From the NCBI GenBank assembly GCA_963814845.1, contig CAWFEP010000001.1, positions 82,932 through 146,931 of the forward strand: a DNA stretch of 64,000 nucleotides, in the 5' to 3' direction. Shown here piece by piece: positions 1 through 7,417 of the stretch. The notes beneath the pieces are model-generated. The model was not told where the DNA came from, searched no databases, and was given only the letters and a program-made list of their open reading frames with translations. The position numbers and the translations under genes were made by a program. The stretch is from an uncultured Actinomycetota bacterium (GTDB lineage Bacteria > Actinomycetota > Actinomycetes > JAFAQI01). Position 1 is the stretch's first letter; each line of letters starts with the position of its first letter.

Positions 1-2441
1 AAGCTCATCGGGAACACGCTGTAACCCGAAGCCGTCGCGCCCTTTCCGTTGAGGCCGCCGCCGGCGAGCAGGCGGTTGTAGATCGACTCGATCAGGGTGG
101 GTTCCAGCTGGTCCATGATCGCGATCGCCGCGTGCTGCTGGTATTGCGTGCCGGTCTTCGTTGCCAAATGGCGGTGGGCGCCATCGGCATGCCACGTGGT
201 GAGCGCCTTCAACATCGAGGCGACACCGGCGGGCTCGTGGTGACCCTTGACGAAGGAGAGCAACTTCGGCAGCACGTTCACGCCATCGAGGTCCTGGCTG
301 GCTGCGGTCTCCATCGCCTTGACGACGTCGGCTCTGGTCAATTTGTCGTGGGTGAGCTTCATCTCGTGTTTGAGGTTGGTCACGAGGAGCTGCGAGCGAT
401 AGCTCGGGCCGTACCCGAACTGGTCGTCGGCCGCTGAGAAACCATGGGCGGGGCTGTTGTTCCAGCTGACGAAGAAGCCTTGTTTCGGGTCGATCTCGTG
501 GACATGCTTCGACGCCGGCAGGAAGCCTCGCCACTCAGCATCGCCGGTGCCCCACGTCGGCAGGTTGGGGTTGACGCCCTTCGCTCGAATCGGGTCCTTG
601 CCGCTGACGTAGTACGCGGTGTGTGTGCTGTCGACGTAGAACCAGTTGAACGTGTAGGAGACGTCGTGGGCGCCCACCATGAAGCTCTTCGGGCTGTGCG
701 TCAGCTTGGGTTCGCCCCAGCGCAGGAATCCGACCACCGAGTCGATGTCGTGGTTGAACGTGGAACGCTGGTTGACGACGGCGACCGGCTTGCCGCCCTT
801 TGCCGTCGTCCAGCCCTGCACCACGCCGTGGCGCGTCAAGTAGATGTTGTGGTCCACCGTCTCCGCGGTGCCCGCGCCGCCCGCCTTGGTGTTGGACGTC
901 TCGTTGAACGTCTCGTGCGTCATCGGGAGGCACTTGCCCTTGTACATGTAGAACTTGCCAGTGGCCTGCGGATGCCCGGGCGAAGTGGGGTTGCAGATCA
1001 GCTCGAGTCGCTGGTCGATCAAGTCGCTGCCGGCTGAGGTCGCCGACCAGGCGTAGTCCTCGCCGCGTCCGAGCTCGACCAGACCGGTGCCGGGGAACGA
1101 TGCGCCCTCGGCGTGGTAGTCGGGGGTGCTGATCTCCTCCTGCGACAGGATCTGCGGCGTGTAGTAGGACACCTGCGGGCCGAAGACCGCGATCGGGTGG
1201 TGCGCCTTGGTGTCCTTGGCATCGACCACGAGCGCGTTGCTCATGTCGGCGGGGGCCGCCTCCAACGACGCGATGTCGGCGAGCGCTTGGGTGTTCGCCT
1301 TGTTGCCGACCGGGGCGCCATTGCAGTTCGAGGTGGTGTCCGTCGGACCGCCCTTCAATGCCTTGCGCGGGTTGTCCGGGATTGCAGTGAGTTTGGTGTT
1401 GACGTGCTTAGGCATGCTTTCGTACGGGAACTTCTTGCCGACGACAGTGGTCGGAGTGCTTGGGTCGTTTTGCTCCTTGAACTCGGTGAACGCCTTGTCG
1501 CCGGCCTTTACGCCCAGCTTGTGGCGCAGGTAGAGGTAAAGCGCGGAGTCCGCGACCTCGTTGCCACCGCCGCGGCCGAACATCCCGCCGATCAGACCGC
1601 CGACCGAGACCACGTCGGCCGGAGTCCAGGGCTGGGGCGTCGGGTTGATGGTGCCCTGGTAGTCGCCGTCGAGCACTGCCGGGTCAGACGCGGTCTTGGC
1701 GATCCACGCGTTCACGCCGTCGACGTAGGCATCGATCATGTTCTTCGCAAGCAGGCCCTGCTTGCCGTACTCCGAAGGCAGCGCGTTGACCTCGGCGTCG
1801 CCCTGAGCCTGGGTGTACGGAGCGAGCAACAGCTGGTTGTGATCCATTTGCTCGTCGGCGCAGGACATCGGCAGGAACGAGGTCAGGTTGCCGGCGCCGA
1901 GGTGGCGCAGGACGTCCATCAAGAACAACCGGTCCTGCGCTTGGGCGTAGCCGGCGCCGAACGCCCCCGCCTCGTCAGTCGCACCGTAGATGTGCGGCAC
2001 ATCCCGAGGGTCGCGCTCGATGACGACCTCGCCCTTGGGGAACTGCGTGCTCGAGGGCATCTCAGTGCTGATGATGTCCTTCTTCGGTACGCCGAAGGAC
2101 TCGTCGTCGTAGTAGTTGCCGAGGGTGTTGTCCGTCACGCTCTTGTAGCCGTAGAGCAGGTTGTTGTACTTCGCGAGCTGGTCCTGGCTGTGTGGCGGCC
2201 GCGCCCCGTTGAGGCCGAAGTCCAGCAGTTGACCGAGGGTCGCGCTCCCGTTCTCACCCGGTGGCAGGATGCTCATCGCTTGGCCGTGCGCGTAGTCGTT
2301 CGCGCGGTACGCGGTGCTCGGTAGCTTGTAGTGCACGACGCTGGTGGCCGACGATGCCGGTGCAACGGAAGCCGCGGTGACGGCGAGGGCGGCTGTGGCG
2401 AGCACTGCGACAGCGCTCCGGGTGATTGCGTGACGGGACAT
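1..2441 (-). CDS. penicillin acylase (penicillin amidase, Ntn-hydrolase) family protein; 3' end lies outside the window
   Basis: My own minus-strand translation from the ATG (cat at 2439-2441) gives MSRHAITRSAVAVLATAALAVTAASVAPASSATS (signal peptide). Further in: ERDPRDVPHIYGATDEAGAFGAGYAQAQDRLFLMDVLRH and FGPQVSYYTPQILSQEEISTPDYHAEGASFPGTGLVELGRGEDYAWSATSAGSD, both typical of penicillin/cephalosporin acylases. In the stretches I translated (both ends and around 1.0-1.2 kb) the frame is open, and the last codons at position 1 are open. That would explain its absence from the ORF track. I did not translate every codon. Confidence 0.8.
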   Translation of the reverse strand, partial: MSRHAITRSAVAVLATAALAVTAASVAPASSATSVVHYKLPSTAYRANDYAHGQAMSILPPGENGSATLGQLLDFGLNGARPPHSQDQLAKYNNLLYGYKSVTDNTLGNYYDDESFGVPKKDIISTEMPSSTQFPKGEVVIERDPRDVPHIYGATDEAGAFGAGYAQAQDRLFLMDVLRHLGAGNLTSFLPMSCADEQMDHNQLLLAPYTQAQGDAEVNALPSEYGKQGLLAKNMIDAYVDGVNAWIAKTASDPAVLDGDYQGTINPTPQPWTPADVVSVGGLIGGMFGRGGGNEVADSALYLYLRHKLGVKAGDKAFTEFKEQNDPSTPTTVVGKKFPYESMPKHVNTKLTAIPDNPRKALKGGPTDTTSNCNGAPVGNKANTQALADIASLEAAPADMSNALVVDAKDTKAHHPIAVFGPQVSYYTPQILSQEEISTPDYHAEGASFPGTGLVELGRGEDYAWSATSAGSDLIDQRLELICNPTSPGHPQATGKFYMYKGKCLPMTHETFNETSNTKAGGAGTAETVDHNIYLTRHGVVQGWTTAKGGKPVAVVNQRSTFNHDIDSVVGFLRWGEPKLTHSPKSFMVGAHDVSYTFNWFYVDSTHTAYYVSGKDPIRAKGVNPNLPTWGTGDAEWRGFLPASKHVHEIDPKQGFFVSWNNSPAHGFSAADDQFGYGPSYRSQLLVTNLKHEMKLTHDKLTRADVVKAMETAASQDLDGVNVLPKLLSFVKGHHEPAGVASMLKALTTWHADGAHRHLATKTGTQYQQHAAIAIMDQLEPTLIESIYNRLLAGGGLNGKGATASGYSVFPMS

Positions 2442-2506
2442 GCGCGGATAGTACCGACGAGTAGGGCATCTGTCCGACCGGGCTTGTTGCGGCTAGTTGC
2501 TGATGC

Positions 2507-3274
2507 TCAGACCGCGGTTGACCGCCACGCTTCACAGATGAAGTCCAAGACGAACTGTCCCGCCGGCATCGCTGCCCGCAGCGCGTCGATCGTCTGTTGT
2601 CGCGCTGCCGGCTCGCGCAAGATCGATTGACTCCTTGACAGCGCGAACGCGATGACGCGGTCGGCGTCGTAAGGCTGTGAATGCGCCACGAGCCGGCGCT
2701 CGGAGGTTTCGAAGTGGACGTTGTCGTCGATCGGAGGCTCGGCCGCCTCACCATCGAGCATCATGTCGCTGCGTTCGTCCGCGTCGATGATGTCGGCAAC
2801 CGTGCGGCTCAGCTCGCTCGCCGTGTCCAGCAAGTTCCAGAGAAGCGCCAGTCGGCCACCTGGACGCAGCACGCGCCGGGCTTCGATCACCGCCCGCTGG
2901 GGATCGAACCAGTGCCAGGCCTGTCCGACGAACACGGCGTCGACCGAGGCGTCCGGCAGCGGAATCGACTCAGCACTGCCCGCGAGGGCCCGAGCCGTGG
3001 CGGGGATCAGCGCGCGCATGCCCTCCAACGGCTCGACTGAGGTCACCTCATAACCGAGCTCGAGCAGGTCGGCGGTGAGGATGCCGGTGCCGGCGCCGAG
3101 GTCGAGCACGGTGCTCGTGCCATCCGGCGCGCACCAGGTCAGTGCCTGCGCCGGATAGTGCGGGCGCCCGCTCGCGTACTCAGATGCTGCGCTGGCGAAG
3201 GCGGTTCGACGTTGATCCCACACCTCATCGCTCACCGATCCAGTGTCCTTGGTCGGCACAAGACAATGCCGCAC
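2507..3274 (-). CDS. class I SAM-dependent methyltransferase
   Basis: 255-aa ORF. It has the SAM-binding motif VLDLGAGTGILT followed by VDAVFVGQAWHWF and LRPGGRLALLWN. The true start may be an internal codon. Confidence 0.8.
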   Translation of the reverse strand: MRHCLVPTKDTGSVSDEVWDQRRTAFASAASEYASGRPHYPAQALTWCAPDGTSTVLDLGAGTGILTADLLELGYEVTSVEPLEGMRALIPATARALAGSAESIPLPDASVDAVFVGQAWHWFDPQRAVIEARRVLRPGGRLALLWNLLDTASELSRTVADIIDADERSDMMLDGEAAEPPIDDNVHFETSERRLVAHSQPYDADRVIAFALSRSQSILREPAARQQTIDALRAAMPAGQFVLDFICEAWRSTAV

Positions 3275-3316
3275 CGCCCCGGGCAGTGGGGCGATGCGGC
3301 ATTGACGATCAGGTCT

Positions 3317-3426
3317 TACTGGGCGCGGCGCACGGCCGCTGTACTCATGCGGCGCGGCGCACGGCCGCTCTACTCATGCGGCGCGGCGCACAGCCGCTCT
3401 ACTCATGCGGCGCGGCGCACAGCCGC
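3317..3426. repeat. 29-bp tandem direct repeat, about 3.7 copies, covering the stop codon and 3' flank of yceI
   Basis: Copies of tactcatgcggcgcggcgcacRgccgctc lie at 3342-3370 and 3371-3399, with a partial copy at 3400-3426 and a degenerate 25-bp copy at 3317-3341. On the minus strand each unit reads ..AAVRRAA-TGA, the last codons plus stop of the YceI gene. Each unit contains a GCGGC/GCCGC mini-hairpin. Confidence 0.9.
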
Positions 3427-3972
3427 GATGTCAAACTCGAGGGTGATCTTCTCGCTGATCACGAGTCCACCGGTGCCGAGCGGCGCGTTAAAGCTGACGC
3501 CCCAGTCGGTGCGGTCGATCTTGGTCTTGCCCTCGAAGCCAACCCGGAAGTTGCCCCACGGGTCAACGGCGGCACCAGTCTGCTCGAAGTTGATCGAGAC
3601 CTGCTTGGTGGTGCCACGGATGGTGAGGTCGCCGGTCAGCACGAACTCGTCGTCGCCGGTCTTCTCGGCGGAGGTGCTGACGAACGTGATCTTCGGGTGC
3701 TTCTCGACCTCGAAGAAGTCTGCGGTACGGATGTGGTCGTCGCGCTGGGTGTTTCCGGTGTCAACGCTGGCCGCGTCGATCTCGATGCGGGCGGTGCTGT
3801 TGGCGACGTTCTCCTCGTCGAGGTGGACGTCAGCAGTGAAGGTGTTGAACTTTCCACGCACCGTCGTGACCATCGCGTGCTTCGCGGCAAAGCCAATCCG
3901 GCTGTGTACGGCATCGATGTCGTAGTCGCCGGTGAGGGTGGTGGGGGCAGAGGTAGCGGTCTCCGCGGTCAT
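3403..3972 (-). CDS. YceI family polyisoprenoid-binding protein
   Basis: 189-aa ORF. DAVHSRIGFAAKHAMVTTVRGKF, DTGNTQRDDHIRTADFFEVEKHPKITF, LTIRGTTKQV and DRTDWGVSFN match the YceI-like domain throughout. Confidence 0.9.
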   Translation of the reverse strand: MTAETATSAPTTLTGDYDIDAVHSRIGFAAKHAMVTTVRGKFNTFTADVHLDEENVANSTARIEIDAASVDTGNTQRDDHIRTADFFEVEKHPKITFVSTSAEKTGDDEFVLTGDLTIRGTTKQVSINFEQTGAAVDPWGNFRVGFEGKTKIDRTDWGVSFNAPLGTGGLVISEKITLEFDIAAVRRAA

Positions 3973-3988
3973 CGTGGACTCCCTTCAA

Positions 3989-4010
3989 TAGTTGTTTGTG
4001 CAAGTAACTA
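3989..4010. promoter_or_regulatory. imperfect 22-bp palindrome in the yceI/marR divergent intergenic region (candidate MarR operator)
   Basis: TAGTTGTTTGT|GCAAGTAACTA pairs at 8 of 11 positions. It sits between the divergent starts at 3972 and 4075. Confidence 0.3.
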
Positions 4011-4032
4011 CGGTCACCCTAGAGCATATTCC

Positions 4033-4044
4033 TTGCGTTCGCAA
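4033..4044. promoter_or_regulatory. 12-bp palindrome TTGCGTTCGCAA upstream of marR (second candidate operator)
   Basis: Perfect 5-bp arms TTGCG/CGCAA with a 2-nt centre, 31 nt upstream of the marR ATG. Confidence 0.3.
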
Positions 4045-4074
4045 ATATCCTCGGCGACGCCGTATCCTGTTCGG

Positions 4075-4611
4075 ATGACCACGCCAGAGGATTGCTCGAC
4101 CCGTCCGCTGGACGAGTCTGAGATGAGCGCCTGGCATGGCCTGATCCGGGCCCACAGCCGGGTGGTTCGCCGGCTTGAGGCCGAGCTTGAGGCCGAACAC
4201 GGCTTGTCGTTGCCGGCCTACGAGGTCCTCGCGCACCTGTCGCAGGCACCGGATCAACGCTTACGGATGACCGAGCTGGCGACGCACGCAGTCCTGACGC
4301 CGAGCGGCCTGACGCGTCTGGTCGACAAGCTGGCCCGCGACGGCTTGGTGCAGCGGCAGCGCTGTGGCGCGGATGCCCGGGTTGTCTGGGCGGTTCTGAC
4401 ACCGACCGGGATGGCACAGTTGGTGGCGGCTTATCCCACCCATGTCCGTGGGGTTCGCGAGCACTACCTCGACTGGCTCTCTGTGGAGCAGATGGCGGCG
4501 GTCTCAGACGCGCTCGGCGATCTCGCCGGCGCCTGCCGGCAGGAGGCCTGCGAGAGCGTGCAGGAGGCCTGCGCCGGCGAGGTCGATGCCGACGTCCCGC
4601 TGGTGACGTGA
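4075..4611 (+). CDS. MarR family transcriptional regulator
   Basis: Only the last 178 codons of the 489-aa track ORF look coding. From the ATG at 4075: MTTPEDCSTRPLDESEMSAWHGLIRAHSRVVRRLEAELEAEHGLSLPAYEVLAHLSQAPDQRLRMTELA...LTPSGLTRLVDKLARDGLVQR, a winged-HTH MarR pattern. It is divergent from yceI. Confidence 0.85.
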   Translation: MTTPEDCSTRPLDESEMSAWHGLIRAHSRVVRRLEAELEAEHGLSLPAYEVLAHLSQAPDQRLRMTELATHAVLTPSGLTRLVDKLARDGLVQRQRCGADARVVWAVLTPTGMAQLVAAYPTHVRGVREHYLDWLSVEQMAAVSDALGDLAGACRQEACESVQEACAGEVDADVPLVT

Positions 4612-5111
4612 GCGTCGTTGTCCGGCCGGCCCGGACGAGCGATGTTGTGCTCATCCGCCGGCTGATCGATTTGTACGCCCCCAAGGGGATCCTGCTCGAC
4701 AAGCCAATGGTGACGTTGTACGAGGACGTCCAGGAGTTCGTCGTCGCTGAAGTCAACGGCGAAGCGGTCGGCTGCGGCGCCCTCCACGTGCTCTGGGCGG
4801 ACCTCGCCGAGGTCCGGACCCTCGCGGTGGATCCGCTGTGCCAGCACAGCGGCGTCGGCCACCTCGTGCTCGCCTCGCTGCTCGACCGTGCCCGCGCTGT
4901 CGGGGTCGACCGGGTCTTCTGCCTGACCTTCGAAGTCGACTTCTTCGCCGCGCATGGCTTCAAGCCGTTCACGGCCTCGGCGGTCGAGCCAGGCGTCTAC
5001 GACGAACTCCTGCGGTCATACGACGAAGGGGTCGCGGAATTCCTCGGCCTCGAGCACGTCAAGCCCAACATCTTGGGCAACACCCGGATGCTCCTAGAGC
5101 TCACCGACTAG
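4608..5111 (+). CDS. GNAT-family amino-acid N-acetyltransferase (short ArgA-like type)
   Basis: 167-aa ORF whose GTG start overlaps the marR stop (GTGA). VRPARTSDV..LIDLYA...LLDKP, then GCGALHVLWADLAEVRTLAVDP..QHSGVGHLV and VFCLTFEVDFFAAHGF resemble the single-domain N-acetylglutamate synthases of mycobacteria. Confidence 0.7.
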   Translation: MSVVVRPARTSDVVLIRRLIDLYAPKGILLDKPMVTLYEDVQEFVVAEVNGEAVGCGALHVLWADLAEVRTLAVDPLCQHSGVGHLVLASLLDRARAVGVDRVFCLTFEVDFFAAHGFKPFTASAVEPGVYDELLRSYDEGVAEFLGLEHVKPNILGNTRMLLELTD

Positions 5112-5148
5112 CCCCACCGCAAGAATTAGGACACTGGGCGAGGCCGGG

Positions 5149-5862
5149 TCAGCTGGTGTCCATCACCCAGAACGCCTCGGCGTACTTTCCCTCTGGCCAG
5201 CCGGCCGCCGTCGCGTTCGAGGCGAGCCACCAGCGCAGCAGCTTGTCGAGCTCCTCGGGACTCTTGATCTGGCTCTTGTGCTCGAGCAATGCGGCTTTCT
5301 TGGTCTCGAAGACATCGGTGACATCGACGTAGTGGTTGATCCGCTCCATCCCGGTCACCCAGGTCTCTGACACCGTCCACGCCTCGAGGTCGCCGAGGCT
5401 GTCGGGGAAGGCGAACGGGTTGCGCGAGTCGGGATACATCGCGGACAGCGCCGCCTCGCCGACCGCGAGGTGATCGGGATGGCTCGCGGGGATGCGGACC
5501 ATGTGTCGAACCGGAGATTGTGCGACCAACCGCTGCGGTCGTACCTCTCGGATGACCCTGGCGATGTCACGCCGCAAGTCAAGACTGACCTCAACCTGGC
5601 CGTCGGGATAGCCGAGGAAGCGGACGTCGCTCACCCCGACCTGGGCCGCCGCCGCGCGCTGCTCCGCTTGGCGAATGCCCGCGATGTCGCCGCGTGGCAC
5701 GTCCGGATCGAAGCCGCCGGCGTCACCACTAGTCACGACGCAGTAGCTGACCTCAATGCCCGCGGCAGTCCAGGTCGCGACCGTTCCGGCCAAGCCGAAG
5801 TCCACGTCGTCGGGATGCGCCATCACTGCGAGGATGCGCTCTACGTTGCTGTCGTCGATCAC
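5149..5862 (-). CDS. PIG-L family (LmbE-like) deacetylase
   Basis: RILAVMAHPDDVDFGLAGTVATW and CVVTSGDAGG carry the AHPDD and zinc-site motifs of the PIG-L/LmbE fold. The ORF is open up to 5931. I chose the GTG at 5862 (VIDDSNVERILAV...) because it leaves a sensible divergent intergenic region. Confidence 0.75.
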   Translation of the reverse strand: MIDDSNVERILAVMAHPDDVDFGLAGTVATWTAAGIEVSYCVVTSGDAGGFDPDVPRGDIAGIRQAEQRAAAAQVGVSDVRFLGYPDGQVEVSLDLRRDIARVIREVRPQRLVAQSPVRHMVRIPASHPDHLAVGEAALSAMYPDSRNPFAFPDSLGDLEAWTVSETWVTGMERINHYVDVTDVFETKKAALLEHKSQIKSPEELDKLLRWWLASNATAAGWPEGKYAEAFWVMDTS

Positions 5863-5941
5863 CTGGGCGAGGCTAGTCGGCGCTGCGGGTAGGGAGAATG
5901 GCCGCTTGCCGCGCGGTCGGTTGCCCCACAAGACTGGCGGC

Positions 5942-7273
5942 GTGAACCCCTTCGAGGTCCACTACGCCTGGAATGGCGACGTGGCGCTGGCATATCAGGT
6001 GTTCGGCGCCGCAGGTGGCATGGATCTCGTCTACCTGCAGGGGTTCGCTTCCCACATCGACTTCAACTGGGAGAGCCCGTACCTCGCCAGGTTCCTGACC
6101 GGGCTCGGCCGGCTCGCGCGGGTGATCCACACCGATCGACGTGGCTGGGGCTGCTCAGACCGCATTTCCCCAGGCGACGTCGCGGCACTCGAGGTGCAGG
6201 TGGATGACCTGCTGGCGGTCATGGATGCGGCTGGCTCGGCGAGGGCCGTCATCTTCGCCTCGACGGTGACCGCTCCTGCCGCCATCCTGTTTGCCGCGTC
6301 GTTTCCCGAGCGAGTTGCCGGCCTGGTGCTGTGCGATCCGTTCGTCGCGTTCTACGACAGCGAGGAAGCCCGTCACGACTGGGTGAGTTCAAACGAGCGC
6401 GCCCGCCGTGAGTGGGGCACTCCGGCCTACTACCGCGAGCTCTTTGCCGACGATCGGGAGTTCCTCGGCTGGTTCGTGCCGTGGTGCCGGGCGGCAGTCG
6501 CGCCGGGAGCGTTGGTCGCGGAGGCGGATCGGTTTGGCGCCGTCGATGTGCGCGGGGTGCTCTCGGCCATCAGGGTTCCGACCGTCCTGGCCGGTCGCGC
6601 TGGGGATCCGGATATGCGCGCTCGACACTGGCGTGACGCCGCAGCGGGCATCAGCCATTCCCGCTTCATTGAGCCGACGCCGACCAGTGACGCCGGCCCG
6701 TTCCATTGGTATGGCCGGTCCGAGGCGGTTCTCGCCGCCGTCGGCGAGTTGATCGACGGCATCGACGAGGAAGAGCGGTCCTTCGACCGAGTGCTCGCGA
6801 CCGTGTTGTTCAGCGACATCGTGGCCTCGACCGAGGCGGTGGTGGCGCTTGGCGACGATCGGTGGCGGGACGTGGTCGAGCGTCACCACGCGGTCGTACG
6901 CGGGCTGCTCGCGCGCTATCGAGGCAAGGAAGTTGACACCGCGGGTGACGGGTTCTTCGCGACGTTCGACGGACCGGCACGCGCCGTGCGGTGCAGCCAG
7001 GCGATCGTGGAGGCGGTGCACGAGCTGGGACTTGAGGTGCGGATTGGCGTCCACACCGGCGAGATCGAGACGATCAACGGAAAGGTCGGCGGCATTGCCG
7101 TACACGTCGGTGCCCGGATCAGCGCGATGGCCAAACCATCGCAGACGCTTGTCTCCTCGACCGTGAAGGATCTGACGATGGGCTCGGGGATGGTGTTTGT
7201 CGACGCCGGCGAGCACGAGCTCAAGGGCGTGCCCGACCGCTGGCACCTCTACTCCTTCGACGGCACCCGCTGA
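5942..7273 (+). CDS. alpha/beta-hydrolase domain fused to a class III adenylate/guanylate cyclase domain
   Basis: The N-terminal half (VYLQGFASHIDFNWESPY..., VIFASTVTAPAAILFAASFPERVAGLVLCDP) is an alpha/beta-hydrolase fold. The C-terminal half (RVLATVLFSDIVASTE...GKEVDTAGDGFFATFDGPARAVRC...RIGVHTGEIE...GIAVHVGARI) is a class III cyclase catalytic domain. The GTG start at 5942 is my inference; the ORF is open from 5756. Confidence 0.85.
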   Translation: MNPFEVHYAWNGDVALAYQVFGAAGGMDLVYLQGFASHIDFNWESPYLARFLTGLGRLARVIHTDRRGWGCSDRISPGDVAALEVQVDDLLAVMDAAGSARAVIFASTVTAPAAILFAASFPERVAGLVLCDPFVAFYDSEEARHDWVSSNERARREWGTPAYYRELFADDREFLGWFVPWCRAAVAPGALVAEADRFGAVDVRGVLSAIRVPTVLAGRAGDPDMRARHWRDAAAGISHSRFIEPTPTSDAGPFHWYGRSEAVLAAVGELIDGIDEEERSFDRVLATVLFSDIVASTEAVVALGDDRWRDVVERHHAVVRGLLARYRGKEVDTAGDGFFATFDGPARAVRCSQAIVEAVHELGLEVRIGVHTGEIETINGKVGGIAVHVGARISAMAKPSQTLVSSTVKDLTMGSGMVFVDAGEHELKGVPDRWHLYSFDGTR

Positions 7274-7283
7274 CTCCGCCCGA

Positions 7284-7384
7284 CCCCCAACCGTTCGTAT
7301 GTCACATACGGGTTGCTATAGCCGCCCTCATGTGACATCGGTGCAGCCAGGGCAACCCCTATGTGACATACGAACGGTTGGGGG
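7284..7384. repeat. 101-nt near-perfect inverted repeat (33-nt arms, 35-nt loop) between the cyclase gene and pcrA
   Basis: The left arm is cccccaaccgttcgtatgtcacatacgggttgc (7284-7316). The right arm is gcaacccctatgtgacatacgaacggttggggg (7352-7384). 32 of 33 positions are complementary, and the outer 25 bp are perfect. The palindromic 9-mer ATGT(C/G)ACAT occurs three times: once in each arm and once in the loop at about 7330-7338. Confidence 0.95.
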
Positions 7385-7417
7385 TGTCGCCTTGGCGTCG
7401 TAGTCTCGGCTGCGGCG

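Noticed and set aside
3317-3426. Possible CRISPR array, because the repeat unit is 29 bp
   Set aside because: The units are directly adjacent with no spacers, and there are no cas genes. The repeat is a duplication of the yceI 3' end.
3142-4611. 489-aa plus-strand ORF suggesting a large protein ending in a MarR domain
   Set aside because: The first ~310 codons are antisense to the methyltransferase and yceI genes and look non-coding. Only the part from the ATG at 4075 has MarR features.
7284-7384. LexA (SOS) box or CRP site within the pcrA-upstream hairpin
   Set aside because: I looked for GAAC-N4-GTTC / TCGAAC-N4-GTTCGA and TGTGA-N6-TCACA. Only partial half-sites are present (CGAACGGTT, TGTGACA), with the wrong spacing. 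I make no claim of SOS or cAMP control.
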